Assembly: GCA_019236735.1 (NCBI GenBank)
Contig: JAFAIM010000088.1
Location: forward strand, 3,427-67,426
Direction of reading: 5' to 3'
DNA length: 64,000 nucleotides
Source: Burkholderiaceae bacterium
GTDB taxonomy: Bacteria; Pseudomonadota; Gammaproteobacteria; Burkholderiales; Burkholderiaceae_F
The notes beneath the pieces are model-generated. The model was not told the origin of the DNA. It saw only the letters and a program-made list of their open reading frames with translations, and ran no database searches. The position numbers and the translations under genes were made by a program. The stretch's first letter is position 1, and every line of letters starts with the position of its first letter. This document shows, in pieces, positions 28,619 to 37,556 of this stretch.

Positions 28619-29512
28619 ATGGACCCGCGCATCCACGCGGAGATGCTCGACGCGTTCGACGAAGAGCTCGAAATGGAGCTCGACGACGAGCGGCTCGACG
28701 CTCTGGTCGCCGAGCTGACCACAGCGCCGGAGACGGCGGACCTAGACCGCGCTTTCTACTTCAAAGAGCTGTTCCGGTTGCAGCGCGAGCTCGTGAAGCT
28801 GCAGGACTGGGTCGTATCCCGGAAGCTCAAGGTCGTGGTGTTGTTCGAAGGGCGCGATGCTGCCGGCAAAGGCGGTGCCATCAAGCGCATCACGCAGCGG
28901 CTGAACCCTCGAGTGTGCCGGGTCGCCGCCCTGCCCGCCCCGACCGAGCGGGAACGCAGCCAATGGTACTTCCAGCGTTACATACCCCATTTGCCCGCTG
29001 GCGGCGAGATCCTGCTGTTCGACCGCAGCTGGTACAACCGTGCCGGGGTCGAGCGCGTGATGGGGTTCTGCTCCGAGGAGGAATACGAGGAATTCTTCCG
29101 CTCGGTCCCCGAATTCGAGAAGATGTTGGTCCGCTCAGGCATTGTGCTGATCAAGTACTGGTTCTCGATCACCGACGAGGAGCAGCATGCGCGCTTTCTG
29201 ATGCGGATTCGCGATCCGCTCAAGCAGTGGAAGCTCAGCCCGATGGACCTGGAATCCCGGCGCCGCTGGGAGCAATACACGCAGGCCAAGGAGACCATGC
29301 TGGAGCGCACCCATATCCCGGAGGCGCCTTGGTGGATCGTCGAAGCCGTCGACAAGAAGCGCGCGCGCCTGAACTGCATCCACCACTTTCTGACTCAGGT
29401 GCCCTACGAGGAAGTCGAGCACGGGGCGGTCAGGCTGCCCGAGCGCATTCACAGCCCGGACTACACGCGCCATCCGATACCGAAGGAGCGATTCGTCCCT
29501 TCGGTCTATTGA
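28619..29512 (+). CDS. ppk2: polyphosphate kinase 2
   Basis: VVLFEGRDAAGKGG P-loop, QWYFQRY and FDRSWYNR motifs. Confidence 0.85.
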   Translation: MDPRIHAEMLDAFDEELEMELDDERLDALVAELTTAPETADLDRAFYFKELFRLQRELVKLQDWVVSRKLKVVVLFEGRDAAGKGGAIKRITQRLNPRVCRVAALPAPTERERSQWYFQRYIPHLPAGGEILLFDRSWYNRAGVERVMGFCSEEEYEEFFRSVPEFEKMLVRSGIVLIKYWFSITDEEQHARFLMRIRDPLKQWKLSPMDLESRRRWEQYTQAKETMLERTHIPEAPWWIVEAVDKKRARLNCIHHFLTQVPYEEVEHGAVRLPERIHSPDYTRHPIPKERFVPSVY

Positions 29513-29937
29513 GGCGCAGCGGTGCGCAGCCGCTCGTTGAAACGGGCCAAGTCGATCACTGCACGCCGGTGCCGCCCGGCGCCGATCGTCTGGGTCCCGT
29601 CGAGGGCTCGCACCTCGAATTCCACCTGACGTCCGTCGACCCGCGTCACCGTCGCCTCGCCTGAGACCCTACGGCCGACCGGTGTAGCGGCCAGGTGCGC
29701 CACGTCGACGTGCGTGCCCACCGCGGTTTGCCCGGGAGGCAGAAACGGCTTGATCGCGTTCAGCGCCGCGTTCTCCATCACCATGATCATCACCGGCGTA
29801 GACAGAACTTCGGGCAGCATCGAGTCCTTGAAGCGGTTGGCCAGGTGCTCCGGGCCGACGACCAACTCGAACGTTCCGCGCGCGCCAACAGGAATGCCGC
29901 TCATCGTGACACCATCCGGTTTTGCTCGATGCGGCAA
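29506..29937 (-). CDS. hotdog-fold thioesterase (FlK-like family)
   Basis: VLSTPVMIMVMENAALNAI motif region. Start may be ATG 29904. Confidence 0.6.
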   Translation of the reverse strand: MPHRAKPDGVTMSGIPVGARGTFELVVGPEHLANRFKDSMLPEVLSTPVMIMVMENAALNAIKPFLPPGQTAVGTHVDVAHLAATPVGRRVSGEATVTRVDGRQVEFEVRALDGTQTIGAGRHRRAVIDLARFNERLRTAAPQ

Positions 29938-29965
29938 TGATATGGCAGCCCGAGCCGCAGCGCCG

Positions 29966-30463
29966 CTACGGTGCGGACGAACCTCCGAGCGCGGCGACGA
30001 TGTGCGGCGGCGCCTGCACCAGTTCGATCAGCACGCCCTCACCGCACAGCGGCGCCTCGGCGCTGGGGCGGGGATGGATGAATATCACATCATGCCCAGC
30101 CGCTCCGCGACGGATGCCGCCGGGAGCGAACCGCACTCCCTGCGCAGCAAGCCACTGTACTGCAGCGCGCAGATCGTCGACCCAAAGGCCGATGTGGTTG
30201 AGCGCAGGTTCGTGCACCGCTGGGCGCCCCTGTGGATCGATCGGCTGCATCAGATCGATCTCGCACCGCGCCGCCCCGTGTCCGACTGAGGCGATGTCTT
30301 CGTCGACGTTCTCTCGTTCGCTGCGGTAGCTGCCTTCGAGCGCGAGACCGAGAAGATCGATCCAGAGACGGCGAAGCCGCGTCTTATCAGCGCTGCCGAT
30401 GGCGATCTGCTGCACGCCCAGCACGCGAAACGGCCGCACCCCGGGATCAGCCGCCTGCGCCAT
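29966..30463 (-). CDS. VOC/glyoxalase-family protein
   Basis: LGVQQIAIG...[11 protein letters not shown] pattern of paired beta-alpha-beta-beta-beta modules. Confidence 0.6.
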   Translation of the reverse strand: MAQAADPGVRPFRVLGVQQIAIGSADKTRLRRLWIDLLGLALEGSYRSERENVDEDIASVGHGAARCEIDLMQPIDPQGRPAVHEPALNHIGLWVDDLRAAVQWLAAQGVRFAPGGIRRGAAGHDVIFIHPRPSAEAPLCGEGVLIELVQAPPHIVAALGGSSAP

Positions 30464-30863
30464 CGCGCCGCTCCACGATCGGGTAACGTCGCGCTAGTTC
30501 TGCCAGCAGGGACTCGAACCCGTCGGCAAGTCGAAGCGCGAGCTCGAAGGCATCGGTTTGACCCTCGCGCGCGAAAGCCTCAGCCTTCTTCGCAAGTTCC
30601 GCCAGCTCGCCAGATTCCAGATAGCCGGCCATGCTCTTGAGCTTGTGGGCGAGCGAACTCACTGCTACCAGATCGGCGCTTTGCGCGGCCTCGCGAATTT
30701 GGCCCGGCAGCTCCTTCTGGGTCGTCAACGTGGTCTTGGCGAGTTTCTCGATGAATGCCGCGTCACCGCGGAAACGATTCAGCAGAGCGGGCCAGTCGAT
30801 CAGTTGCCCTTCAGACGTGATCTTTTGCCCGTCTCGTTGCACGGTCTTTCGCTCCCCCACCAT
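30447..30863 (-). CDS. Hpt (histidine phosphotransfer) domain protein
   Basis: [13 protein letters not shown] phospho-His motif in a helical protein of about 135 aa. Confidence 0.6.
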   Translation of the reverse strand: MVGERKTVQRDGQKITSEGQLIDWPALLNRFRGDAAFIEKLAKTTLTTQKELPGQIREAAQSADLVAVSSLAHKLKSMAGYLESGELAELAKKAEAFAREGQTDAFELALRLADGFESLLAELARRYPIVERRDGAGG

Positions 30864-30972
30864 TCATGGAAGCGCGTCGTGCGCGCCTGTCTCGATGGAA
30901 TTGTAAACTGCGGCCGATGCGATGCCGCCAAGAGCAAGATTGCGCCCGCATTTGCACCCGACTGAACCGACG

Positions 30973-32031
30973 ATGACGGGACGCAGATCGATCGTGGCAG
31001 CCCTTGTCGCCGCGTTGCTGTTCGGCGCAAGCGTTCCCGTGGCCAAAGTTCTCGTGCGCGGTCTGTCTCCAGTCCTGCTGGCGGGCTTGCTTTACGTGGG
31101 TAGCGGCATCGGTCTATTTGCCGCACGCGGCATGCGCGACCGCAGATTCGCGCTGCCATTGATGTCAGCGAAGCAATGGTGGTGTCTGGCCGGCGCCATC
31201 GCGCTGGGCGGCGCGCTCGCACCGATCCTTCTCGTTTGGGGACTGACGCGAACCTCTGCCGCGAACGCTTCTCTGCTGCTGAACCTCGAAGGCGTGCTCA
31301 CAGCGGTGCTGGCGTGGGTCGTCTTCGCTGAGAACGCCAGCCGGCGCATCGTCGTGGGAATGGCGCTGATCGTCGCCGGCGGCCTTGTTCTGGCATGGCC
31401 CGGGACTGGCCTGGTGCCGGACAACCTCTTGGGCGTCGTCGCAGTGGCGGCGGCTTGCTTGTGCTGGGCGGCGGACAACAACCTGACCCGCGCAGTTTCC
31501 GCTGCCGATTCGATGTTCATCGGCGGCACCAAGGGCCTCGTTGCAGGAACTGCGAACCTCGCCTTGGCACTCGCCCTCGGTGCGCAACTTCCCACCCGGC
31601 CTGTGGTTGTCGCTGCAATGGCGGTGGGATTCGCCGGTTATGGAATCAGCCTGGTGCTGTTCGTCGTGGCCTTGCGCGGCCTCGGTTCGGCTCGAACAGC
31701 GGCGTATTTCTCGACGGCCCCGTTCGTCGGAGCCGCCATCGCCATCGGTGCACTTCAGGAACCGGTCACGGCTGGCTTCTGGCTGGCAACGGCGCTGATG
31801 GCCACGGGCGTGTGGCTGCACCTGACCGAGCGACACGACCACGAACACACGCACCATTGCATGGAGCACGAGCACACGCACACGCACGATGCGCATCATC
31901 TCCATACGCACGACTTTGTATGGGACGGCACCGAGCCGCACTCGCACCTGCATCGGCACGAGACGATCACGCATCGACACCCGCACTACCCGGATGTGCA
32001 CCATCGCCACGACCACCGCCACGACCATTGA
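30973..32031 (+). CDS. EamA/DMT-family transporter with a His-rich C-terminal tail of about 70 aa
   Basis: Ten predicted TM segments (two EamA halves). Tail: HLTERHDHEHTHHCMEHEHTHTHDAHHLHTHD...HRHPHYPDVHHRHDHRHDH. Confidence 0.75.
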   Translation: MTGRRSIVAALVAALLFGASVPVAKVLVRGLSPVLLAGLLYVGSGIGLFAARGMRDRRFALPLMSAKQWWCLAGAIALGGALAPILLVWGLTRTSAANASLLLNLEGVLTAVLAWVVFAENASRRIVVGMALIVAGGLVLAWPGTGLVPDNLLGVVAVAAACLCWAADNNLTRAVSAADSMFIGGTKGLVAGTANLALALALGAQLPTRPVVVAAMAVGFAGYGISLVLFVVALRGLGSARTAAYFSTAPFVGAAIAIGALQEPVTAGFWLATALMATGVWLHLTERHDHEHTHHCMEHEHTHTHDAHHLHTHDFVWDGTEPHSHLHRHETITHRHPHYPDVHHRHDHRHDH

Positions 32032-32055
32032 CGCGGCGGGACTCGCAAGCGAGCG

Positions 32056-34758
32056 CTATTTTGCGTGACCGTTGCCGCTGCGCGCACGCAGCGTTTTAAT
32101 TCCCTGCTCGATTCGCTCGGCCACCTCACGCTCACGCTGCAACGCGCGCAGCATGTTGTGCGCCTCTTGCACCGTGAATTCGAGCCGCGCCAGTTTCTCG
32201 CCGACATCATCGATCACCGCGCGCTGCTCGCTGAGCATCTCCATGTTCACGTGGATGTCGTCGAGCATGTGAGTGATGCCTTCTGCTCGCGACTGCACCT
32301 CTTCGACCACCTTGCGGCGCGACTCGATCTGCACGATCTTGCCGTCGGTTTCGCCGAGGCGGCTGATCAGATCCTCCACTTTTGCACGCAGCTCGACTAC
32401 CTCGCTGCGGTGCTCGGTCACGTATTGCAGATCGGCCCTGCTGCGCCCGCTGATCTGGCGGATGCTGTCAACTTCCGCTTTCACGGCCTGCACCATTGCC
32501 GCGTGATCAGTCAGCGACTGGATTTTGCGATCGACCGCCTCGGCACTGCCGTCGAGTTCGCCGAGGCGGCGCTCGAGCGCGGCGACGTTCTCGCCGCTCT
32601 GCATCAGTTGCGTGACGCGCTGATCCAGCTGCTTGGCGAGCGTCTCCGCGCGCTGGATCTTCTCCTCGGCGGCGTCGGTCTGTGACACGGCGTCGAGTTG
32701 GGCGGTCTGGAGGCGCGCAAGTTCCGCCAGCAATTCCTCCTTCAGCGAAGTGGCGCGGGCGAGGTCGGCGCTGACGCTGCGCACCTGGCTGAGGCGCTCG
32801 GCGCTCTCCTCCGCCAAGACCTTGCCCTGCTCTACGACGCCGGCCAGCCGCGCCTGCTGCTCCTGCACGATCGATTCGTCGATGCGGATCGCGTCGACCA
32901 GCTGTTGTGTGCGTTCGAGCGTCTGCTGCAGGCTTGCCACTTGCGACACTAGCGGCATCACGCGCCCTTGCAGCGATGCCACGCCATCGAGCTTGTTCTG
33001 CGCATCGGCGATTTGCGTGGCCAGCATGTCGCACAGGTTTTGCAGGCTTTCCATCTCGGCGCGGCGCACCAGCTGCGTGGAAAGTTTCTGCTCGACGTCA
33101 GCGGTGACCTCGTGCAAGGCGTTGACACGCGCCTCCAGCTTCTCGACGAACTGCAGTCGCGCACCCACCCGGCCCACCTGCGCGTCGAGCTCGGTGGTCC
33201 ATTGACCCAGCCGTGCGGCCGCCTCGCTGCCTTTCTCGACCAGCGCCATTTTGCCCAGCACTTCGTCCAGCCGGGCCTGCAGCTCGGGCGTGCGGCTGAG
33301 CATCGCCGTCGTGCGCTCGCCGATTGCGTCCAGCGCGGCGCGATCTCGCGCCAGCTTTTCGCACAGCTGAACGACTTCGGCATGCGCCCGGTGGAACTCT
33401 TCGAGCTCGGTGCGAACCGTTTCGAGGTCCTTCTGCGATTGCAGCAGCCTTTCGTGCTGAGCCGCCGTGCGCTTGCCAAGCGCGTCGACCTGCGCCAACT
33501 GGCCGGCCAGCGAGTCGACCACGCTCTGCTTGCGCGCCAGCTCGTCGGCGTTTGCGGTCAGCAGCGAGAACGTCTTGGCAAGTGCGTCGGTCTCCCGTTG
33601 CATGGCCGCCAGATCCTTTTCTTTGCCCAGCACGCCCTGCACCAGTGCTTCGGTCTCGCCGACCGCCTTCGCGAGCGCCTTGAGCCGCTCGTCGAATGCG
33701 TCGACTTCCTTCTTGTCGAAGGACAGCCGCTCGAGGGTTGCCTTCATCGCCTCCGACGCCGACCGCCTTTCCGCTTCGAGCCGCTGCGATTCGCGTACGA
33801 AATCGTCGCGCGCCGCGGTGGCAGTGGCGAGCTCGTCCGCCGTCGCCTTGGCCAGCTGCTCCATCCGCGCAACGGTCTCCTCGGTTCGCTGAATCTGATC
33901 ACCGCCTGCCGCAAGCTTGCCGATCTGTGCGTCCATGTTCCAAACCATCTCGGCGAGCTGCTTGGCCTCGACGACGGCGCGCTCAATCGTCACTTTCTGC
34001 GCCTCCAGCGCCTTGCCCTTGTGCGCCACGTGCTCGGCCAGCGCGTTCAGCGCCGCAAGCCGCTGCTCGGTGGTCTTGCTGAGCTCCTGCAACTGGCCCA
34101 GCGACTCGAGCTTTGTCTCTACGTCCGCCACGGCGGCGCGCGCCGCCTCGGAATCGCCGCGGGCGTCACCCGCGCTCTTGCGGATGCCTTGCATCTCCAG
34201 CCGGAGCTCGCCTTCCGCACGGCGCAGATCCTGCAGCTCGTCCTTCAGCGACACCGCGCCGCCGACCCACTGTCCCATTTCCGCGGCTGCCTGACGCAGC
34301 CGCTCGCGCAGCGCCTCCAGTTTGTCGCCCTCGCGCTGCAGCTCGCCCATCGTCGTGCGCACCTCGCGCGAGCGCGAGCTCATCTCATCGGCCGCCTGGC
34401 GCATTTGCTGCAAGCCTCCGTCCGGCGCAGACATCGCCTCGGAGCTGCGCTTGGCTTCGGCCACCTGGGCCAGCAGCCCGCTCATGCGCGCCTCGAGCTG
34501 CTCGAAACGATTCGTGCAGTCCTCGTACGTGCTCACCACCTTGCTCAGCTTGTCGCATCGACGTGTGATCTGGTCGGCCTTGATGCGCAAGTCATCGAGT
34601 GTGCGGCTGGTGCGCTCCAGCGTCGGCGAAGCGCCGCTGATCCGCTCGAGCATCGCAGCCAGCTCGGCTCGTTCCTGGCGCGCCTGATCGATCAGTGCTC
34701 TCAGGTCATCTTGCGTGAGCTTGCGCTCACTGCCGTTCTTGAAGATGGTGTCAAGCAT
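32056..34758 (-). CDS. 900-aa coiled-coil protein of unknown function
   Basis: ATG at 34758 (MLDTIFKNGSERKL). The sequence is almost entirely E/A/L/R/Q-rich, heptad-like. No P-loop, TM helix or signal peptide was seen. The plus-strand ORF 32968..34854 is its antisense shadow. Confidence 0.65.
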   Translation of the reverse strand: MLDTIFKNGSERKLTQDDLRALIDQARQERAELAAMLERISGASPTLERTSRTLDDLRIKADQITRRCDKLSKVVSTYEDCTNRFEQLEARMSGLLAQVAEAKRSSEAMSAPDGGLQQMRQAADEMSSRSREVRTTMGELQREGDKLEALRERLRQAAAEMGQWVGGAVSLKDELQDLRRAEGELRLEMQGIRKSAGDARGDSEAARAAVADVETKLESLGQLQELSKTTEQRLAALNALAEHVAHKGKALEAQKVTIERAVVEAKQLAEMVWNMDAQIGKLAAGGDQIQRTEETVARMEQLAKATADELATATAARDDFVRESQRLEAERRSASEAMKATLERLSFDKKEVDAFDERLKALAKAVGETEALVQGVLGKEKDLAAMQRETDALAKTFSLLTANADELARKQSVVDSLAGQLAQVDALGKRTAAQHERLLQSQKDLETVRTELEEFHRAHAEVVQLCEKLARDRAALDAIGERTTAMLSRTPELQARLDEVLGKMALVEKGSEAAARLGQWTTELDAQVGRVGARLQFVEKLEARVNALHEVTADVEQKLSTQLVRRAEMESLQNLCDMLATQIADAQNKLDGVASLQGRVMPLVSQVASLQQTLERTQQLVDAIRIDESIVQEQQARLAGVVEQGKVLAEESAERLSQVRSVSADLARATSLKEELLAELARLQTAQLDAVSQTDAAEEKIQRAETLAKQLDQRVTQLMQSGENVAALERRLGELDGSAEAVDRKIQSLTDHAAMVQAVKAEVDSIRQISGRSRADLQYVTEHRSEVVELRAKVEDLISRLGETDGKIVQIESRRKVVEEVQSRAEGITHMLDDIHVNMEMLSEQRAVIDDVGEKLARLEFTVQEAHNMLRALQREREVAERIEQGIKTLRARSGNGHAK

Positions 34759-35024
34759 CTGAGTTCCCGCTCTGGTGACCAGTGGAGTGCGCGAAGTACC
34801 GTAGTGCCGATCCGCGATTTGTCGATCGCCGTACAGCGCGAATCGCGATGTTGATCGTCGTACAGTGGCCGCCGCCGTATAGCGGGGTGATGGACAGGAT
34901 AAGGGCTGCATTCTCGGAGATCGTCTTGCTCAAAAGCGAGGGGAAAAACGACGGCTGTGTTGCCGTTGCCGAAGCTGAAGTTGCCTGGAAGGTGGAGATC
35001 GCGAAAGCGGCACGACGTGCCATT

Positions 35025-35132
35025 CGAGAAATCAAGTACTTGCGAAAATGCGCGGACGCAGCAAGAGCCGGACGGGGAGTGGGGCCATCCCGCTCCGCGG
35101 CGCTCGCGGCAGAATGTGGTGGGTCGCGACCG
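35025..35132. repeat. intergenic repeat family, copy A (23-nt core cgagaaatcaagtacttgcgaaa at 35025-35047)
   Basis: The core is identical to 35759-35781 and contains the 10-nt palindrome caagtacttg. The distal part (35100-35132) resembles 47811-47848. Confidence 0.7.
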
Positions 35133-35182
35133 AAGAAGTCCGAGCTCACATTTCAACGGGAGGATGGGACGTGGAAGCAAAG

Positions 35183-35500
35183 ATGGTCACCACCGCACTG
35201 GAGCTGGCAGGCTACGAAATTGTCGAAAACGTCGGCATCGTTCGAGGAATCGTCGTCAGGTCCCGTTCAATCGTCGGCAGCTTTTTCGGTGGTCTGCAAA
35301 CAATCATCGGGGGCAATATCACCGTTTACACGACCATGTGTGAGAAAGCACGCAAGGATGCGTACAAGATCATGTGCGCGCAGGCCGAAGGCAATAAAGC
35401 AAATGCGATTGTGGCGATGAAGTACGACGCCACCGAGGTCATGCGCGGTGTAACGGAAGTGCTTTGCTACGGGACTGCTGTCGTGGTCAAGAAGAGGTGA
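35183..35500 (+). CDS. YbjQ/UPF0145-family protein
   Basis: [30 protein letters not shown]...GGNITVYT...AIVAMKYD is typical of YbjQ. 105 aa. Confidence 0.75.
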   Translation: MVTTALELAGYEIVENVGIVRGIVVRSRSIVGSFFGGLQTIIGGNITVYTTMCEKARKDAYKIMCAQAEGNKANAIVAMKYDATEVMRGVTEVLCYGTAVVVKKR

Positions 35501-35502
35501 CT

Positions 35503-35718
35503 ATGAAATCCACTCTCGTTGGAGGCGTCGCCTGTTTCATTGCTGCTGTCTTCGTGGCTCTCATTCAGATCTGGCTAGACGCGTTCAGCCCCGCTGTCTT
35601 CGTGAAGATCGAAATGACCATCGCCGCGATCTTTGCCGTCCTCGTCGCCATATGGTTCACACGAAAGGAGTACAGAGACTACAAGCGCCAACAAAGCAAT
35701 ACTGCCCTGGATGAGTAG
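35503..35718 (+). CDS. small two-TM membrane protein
   Basis: 71 aa, beginning 3 nt after the ybjQ stop. Two hydrophobic helices. No recognisable family. Confidence 0.45.
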   Translation: MKSTLVGGVACFIAAVFVALIQIWLDAFSPAVFVKIEMTIAAIFAVLVAIWFTRKEYRDYKRQQSNTALDE

Positions 35719-35758
35719 CGAGCCTCGCTAACCGAGGGGTGCTGGCCAGCGTACGGGC

Positions 35759-35845
35759 CGAGAAATCAAGTACTTGCGAAATACGCCGACGCGGCAAAAC
35801 GCGAAAAGCGTGGGAAGAGCGCTGCAAAATTCCCGACGGCGGGCC
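35759..35845. repeat. intergenic repeat family, copy B
   Basis: 23-nt core at 35759-35781. The downstream part (gctgcaaaattcccgacggcgg) resembles copies at 46111-46170 and 47744-47800. Confidence 0.7.
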
Positions 35846-35872
35846 GTATCCGGCGCTCACAATGCAGGTCGG

Positions 35873-36118
35873 ATGAAACAGATTCCTTGCCCCTGCTGTT
35901 CCGACACGCTCTACGAATTGCGGAACATTTCCGGCTCGCACGCCGGCTGGGCCCTCTCGAAAGATTCGACGCGCTTGCGCTCGGACCGACAGGGCTATTA
36001 CATGAAATGTCCGCACTGCTCGAAGCGAGTTGTGTTCTCGACGGTGTCGACTGTGGTGGGAGTCGGTTTCGGTATGGCGCCCAAGCAGATCTGTTTGGAG
36101 TGCAAAGACTCCGACTGA
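35873..36118 (+). CDS. small zinc-ribbon protein (CPCC...CPHC...CLEC)
   Basis: 81 aa from ATG 35873 with three Cys pairs. No family recognised. Confidence 0.4.
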   Translation: MKQIPCPCCSDTLYELRNISGSHAGWALSKDSTRLRSDRQGYYMKCPHCSKRVVFSTVSTVVGVGFGMAPKQICLECKDSD

Positions 36119-36126
36119 TTCTGTCC

Positions 36127-36270
36127 GTGCGACCCGTGCCAGCGACCGCAGCCGCGCAACTCGATCGAGCCAATAACTTCAACCTGCTGCGCCTGGTTCT
36201 TGCTTCGGCGGTACTGCTCACGCACAGCTATACGACCGTGAGCGCTCCGGAGCCGCTCGTTCAGCTTATC
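36127..36270 (+). pseudogene. N-terminal fragment of an acyltransferase-3 (OafA-like) gene
   Basis: NNFNLLRLVLASAVLLTHSY matches the family's N-terminal signature. The similarity then stops and the frame runs on into the next gene. Confidence 0.4.
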
Positions 36271-36417
36271 CAATGCAGCAGCTGCTTTAAAAATGCTGCC
36301 CTTTCACTTCGCCGACGGCGGCGAGCCGTCTGGCGCCCTGCCCCCGCGTCACCCATTGGTTCCTTGCCTCGCGTAGCCTGCACGGCACGACGACAGAGCA
36401 CCTACGGGAATCCACAC

Positions 36418-37404
36418 ATGCTCCATCACATATCGATCGGCGTCGCCGACATCGAGCGAGCGGCCAAGTTCTACGATGCTGCGCTACGGCCTCTCGGCTA
36501 TGTTCGAGTCTGGAGCGACTTGCGCCCGGGACAGACCGACCAGGAGGTTGGCTACGGACCGGCGGGCAGCGGCGACAAGCTCGCGCTGAAACAGGTTCCC
36601 CGTGGGCTCATCCGCAGCTTCCCTGGCTCCCACATCGCACTTGCGGCGGCGTCGCGTGACGCAGTAGCAGCGTTTCACGCGGCGGCACTGGCGGCCGGTG
36701 GCGAGGACAACGGCGGTCCCGGGTTGCGCCCTCACTATGGTCCGCACTATTACGCCGCGTTTGTTGTCGATCCTGAGCGCAACCGCTTGGAAGCTGTTTG
36801 CGACTTTTCAACCGAGGAGCGCGTCGGCTTGGACTCGATGTCGGGCGGGATGACTACGCATCGGTCGGTCGGTGCGCTGGTTGAAGCCCCTCGTTTGGAG
36901 ACGGAGCGCCTGCTTCTCACGGCGCATGTTGTCGACGACTTCAGTTCGCTCGCGACGAGATGGGCCGACCCCGAGGTGACAAAATACATCGGCAAGCCGT
37001 CGACTCCCAAGGAGTCGTGGAAGCGGCTATTGATGTATCGGGGGCTTTGGCCGTTGCTGGGGTACGGGATCTGGGCGGTCCGTGAAAAGCACAGCGGCCT
37101 CTATGTGGGCGACGTCGGTTTCGCCGATTTGCACCGGGAGCTGGAACCCAGCATCGATGGAATTCCGGAGGCGGGGTGGGTCCTATCGACCTGGGCTCAG
37201 GGAAAGGGATACGCGAACGAGGCGCTGAACGCGGCTCTTGGGTGGTTGGAACGAGAAGTCAAGTGCGATCGCGCCGTCTGCATGATCGCGCGGGAAAATC
37301 TTCCATCGAGAAGAGTCGCTGAAAAGGCGGGGTTCTGCGAGCCTTTGGTCATTCAATATGAGGGCGCGGAAGGTCTGCTGTACACGCGACTTTGCAAAAA
37401 GTAG
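36418..37404 (+). CDS. VOC (glyoxalase-like) / GNAT N-acetyltransferase fusion protein
   Basis: MLHHISIGVADIERAAKFYD...AAFVVDPERNRLEAVC is the VOC part. It continues with no stop into LETERLLLTAH...GYANEALNAALGWL...RRVAEKAGF, a RimJ/L-like GNAT. 328 aa. Confidence 0.7.
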   Translation: MLHHISIGVADIERAAKFYDAALRPLGYVRVWSDLRPGQTDQEVGYGPAGSGDKLALKQVPRGLIRSFPGSHIALAAASRDAVAAFHAAALAAGGEDNGGPGLRPHYGPHYYAAFVVDPERNRLEAVCDFSTEERVGLDSMSGGMTTHRSVGALVEAPRLETERLLLTAHVVDDFSSLATRWADPEVTKYIGKPSTPKESWKRLLMYRGLWPLLGYGIWAVREKHSGLYVGDVGFADLHRELEPSIDGIPEAGWVLSTWAQGKGYANEALNAALGWLEREVKCDRAVCMIARENLPSRRVAEKAGFCEPLVIQYEGAEGLLYTRLCKK

Positions 37405-37556
37405 TGCGGCACGTATGAAAGTCACTGAGGAGACTCACCCCAATTTCAAATTCGTGAAGCCGGGAGCGCTCGCGTAGTCCGATTGGCATCTGGTGGCAGT
37501 CGGGGTTGTGGTGTTAGGTTGTCCCCACATCGAGTGATGTATTCCGGAGTTGGCGT

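Noticed and set aside
32968-34854. 628-aa plus-strand ORF opposite the coiled-coil gene
   Set aside because: Its L/R/Q/H-rich sequence is what the reverse complement of E/A/L/R/Q coiled-coil codons yields. The minus ORF is longer and has a plausible start and coherent heptad character.
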